DNA of 21,633 nucleotides from Octopus sinensis. Its lineage: Eukaryota. The stretch is from NCBI RefSeq assembly GCF_006345805.1, contig NW_021823691.1:1-21633 (forward strand), given 5' to 3'. The notes beneath the pieces were generated by a model, which saw only the letters and a list, made by a program, of their open reading frames with translations, was not told where the DNA came from and made no database searches. Shown here one piece after another: positions 19,965 to 21,633 of this stretch. Each line of letters begins with the position of its first letter. Position 1 is the stretch's first letter. Both the position numbers and the translations under genes were made by a program.

Positions 19965-20285
19965 GCACTCCGTTGGTTACGACGACGAGAGTCCCAGCTG
20001 ATACGAACAACGGAAGAGCTTGCTCGTGAAATTCACGTGCAAGTGGCTGAGCACTCCACGGACACGTGTACCCCTAACGTAGTTCTCAGGGAGATTCAGC
20101 GTGACACAGAGCGTAACAAGGCTGGCCCTTTTGAAATACAGGTACTACTCATTTTTAACAGCTGAGTGGACTGGGGTAACATGAAATAAAGTGTCTTGCT
20201 CAAGAACACAACGCGTTGCCGGGAATTGAACTCACGACTTTACGATCGTAACCCGCAATGTCCTAACCACTAAGCCACGCGCCTT
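19965..20285 (-). mobile_element. SINE family C1, full length
   Basis: Colinear with 5427-5737. Confidence 0.9.
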
Positions 20286-20687
20286 TACTACATACGTACA
20301 TACATACATACATACATACAGACAGACAGACAGACAGACACACACACACACACATACACACCACAACTGTAACTAGATTCCATACAAGAAAGAAATTCGC
20401 AAACAAAAACAAAACAAAACAACTGAACAGCAAAATATTAAAGGATTAGAGCGGGATATATATAACAGCAACCTAATAGAGAGCTTACTTTGCATAAGTT
20501 GGAAATGATCGTTTTTGATTGGTTGAATAATCAATAGGTTTTTGCCTTCTGTCTGGGTGATTGGTTAAGCGGTTGATCGACCGGTAGCAATGGTGGATGG
20601 ACGGATTAGGCGTCGCTACGTGAGCGGGCATTATGCACGTTTCTTCGCTTCCAGATTTTAAAACGCTGATAAGTTGAGATGTGTTGG

Positions 20688-20764
<77 letters not shown>

Positions 20765-20777
20765 CGTGCGCCCACGG

Positions 20778-20845
20778 AGGCGTGGTTATGGCTGTGCAGT
20801 TTAAGAAACTCACTTTGGAAGCGCCAGGTTTCGGGTTCGGATCTT
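20778..20845 (+). mobile_element. Degenerate tRNA-like SINE head
   Basis: GGCGTGGTTATGGCTGTGCAGTTTAAGAAACTC...GGTTTCGGGTTCGGATC resembles the family A head with A/B-box remnants. Confidence 0.45.
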
Positions 20846-20946
20846 AGTGGTTTTCGTGACTCTTTACAATTTTGTTCCAATTGTTTTCAAATTTGGTTTA
20901 TGGATTAAGTTTTGTATACTAATTATGAATATGTTTAAATATTCTA

Positions 20947-21460
20947 TAGGCGTGGCACTTTGGGCAAGTGCCTTCTACTATAGCCTCGGGCCGACCAAAG
21001 CCTTGTGAGTGGATTTGGTAGATGGAAACTGAAAGAAGCCTATCATATATAAGTATATATATATATGTATATATATATGTTTCATATTTAAAAATTGAAT
21101 TTTATTTTATTTTATTTGAGAACAAAATCTTTGTGGAGAATGGCGATTTGACGTCTATATCTAGCATGTTGACTGTCCACTTTTTCGTGTTCAGTCCTTA
21201 ATTGGTGTATATATATATGTATATATATATATGCGCGTATATATGTTTGTGTGTCTGTGTTTGTCCCGCAACATCTCTTGACAACCGATGCTGGTGTGCT
21301 TACGTCCCCGTAACTTAGCGGTTCGGCAGAAGAGACCGATAGAATAAGTACTAGGCTTACAAAGAATAAGTCCAGGGGTCGATTTGCTCGACTAAAGGCG
21401 GTGCTCTTGTATAGCCACAGTCAAATGACTAAAACAAGTAAAAGAGTAAAAGAGAGAGTA
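20947..21460 (+). mobile_element. SINE family A lacking most of the tRNA head and carrying a ~130-bp insertion in its internal microsatellite
   Basis: Begins TAGGCGTGGCACTTTGGGCAAGTG; unrelated sequence at ~21079-21206 lies between TA-rich flanks; the 3' half is intact. Confidence 0.88.
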
Positions 21461-21534
21461 TGAAATTAATTTTTCCTATACATCCATAATTAAAAAGTTA
21501 GTAGCCTTTAAAATTTGCAAAGTTTGAGTACTTT

Positions 21535-21618
21535 AGCCAATCAGAAGCGAATATTTTACACATCACCTCCGCGAAAAGTTCTATTTCCATAGTAACTAAA
21601 GATGTTGTGCATGCGCAC
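21535..21618. promoter_or_regulatory. Promoter-like motif cluster: CCAAT box, RFX X-box-like, NRF1-like
   Basis: AGCCAATCAG (21535-21544), ATTTCCATAGTAAC (21583-21596) and TGTGCATGCGCA (21606-21617), in apparently non-repetitive sequence. Confidence 0.45.
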
Positions 21619-21633
21619 ACGGAGTAGAAGGAG

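Overview
Eukaryotic, AT-rich, non-coding DNA made almost entirely of transposable-element debris and compound microsatellites. The SINE sequences and repeat landscape look like an octopus (cephalopod mollusc) genome; this is recognition from memory, not a database result. I cannot support any intact protein-coding gene: most supplied ORFs are microsatellite read-throughs, and a few overlap decayed TEs. Supported content: (i) at least four tRNA-headed SINE types (my labels A, B, C1/C2 and a tRNA-Glu-headed element); (ii) decayed LINE ORF2 fragments (R4/Dong-type RLE, Tx1/L1-group, a second RLE-type, a probable Penelope GIY-YIG remnant, a weak RTE-like remnant); (iii) non-autonomous DNA elements (hAT MITE with 8-bp TSD, mariner MITE, Helitrons, several TA-flanked foldback/palindromic MITEs, and a MITE carrying TTAGGG repeats). 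The most notable items are a four-level TE nest at 1.6-2.9 kb, modular SINE domain sharing, microsatellite-tailed RLE LINEs, several long near-perfect inverted repeats, and promoter-like motif clusters at both window edges. I found no convincing evidence of a new multi-gene biological system.
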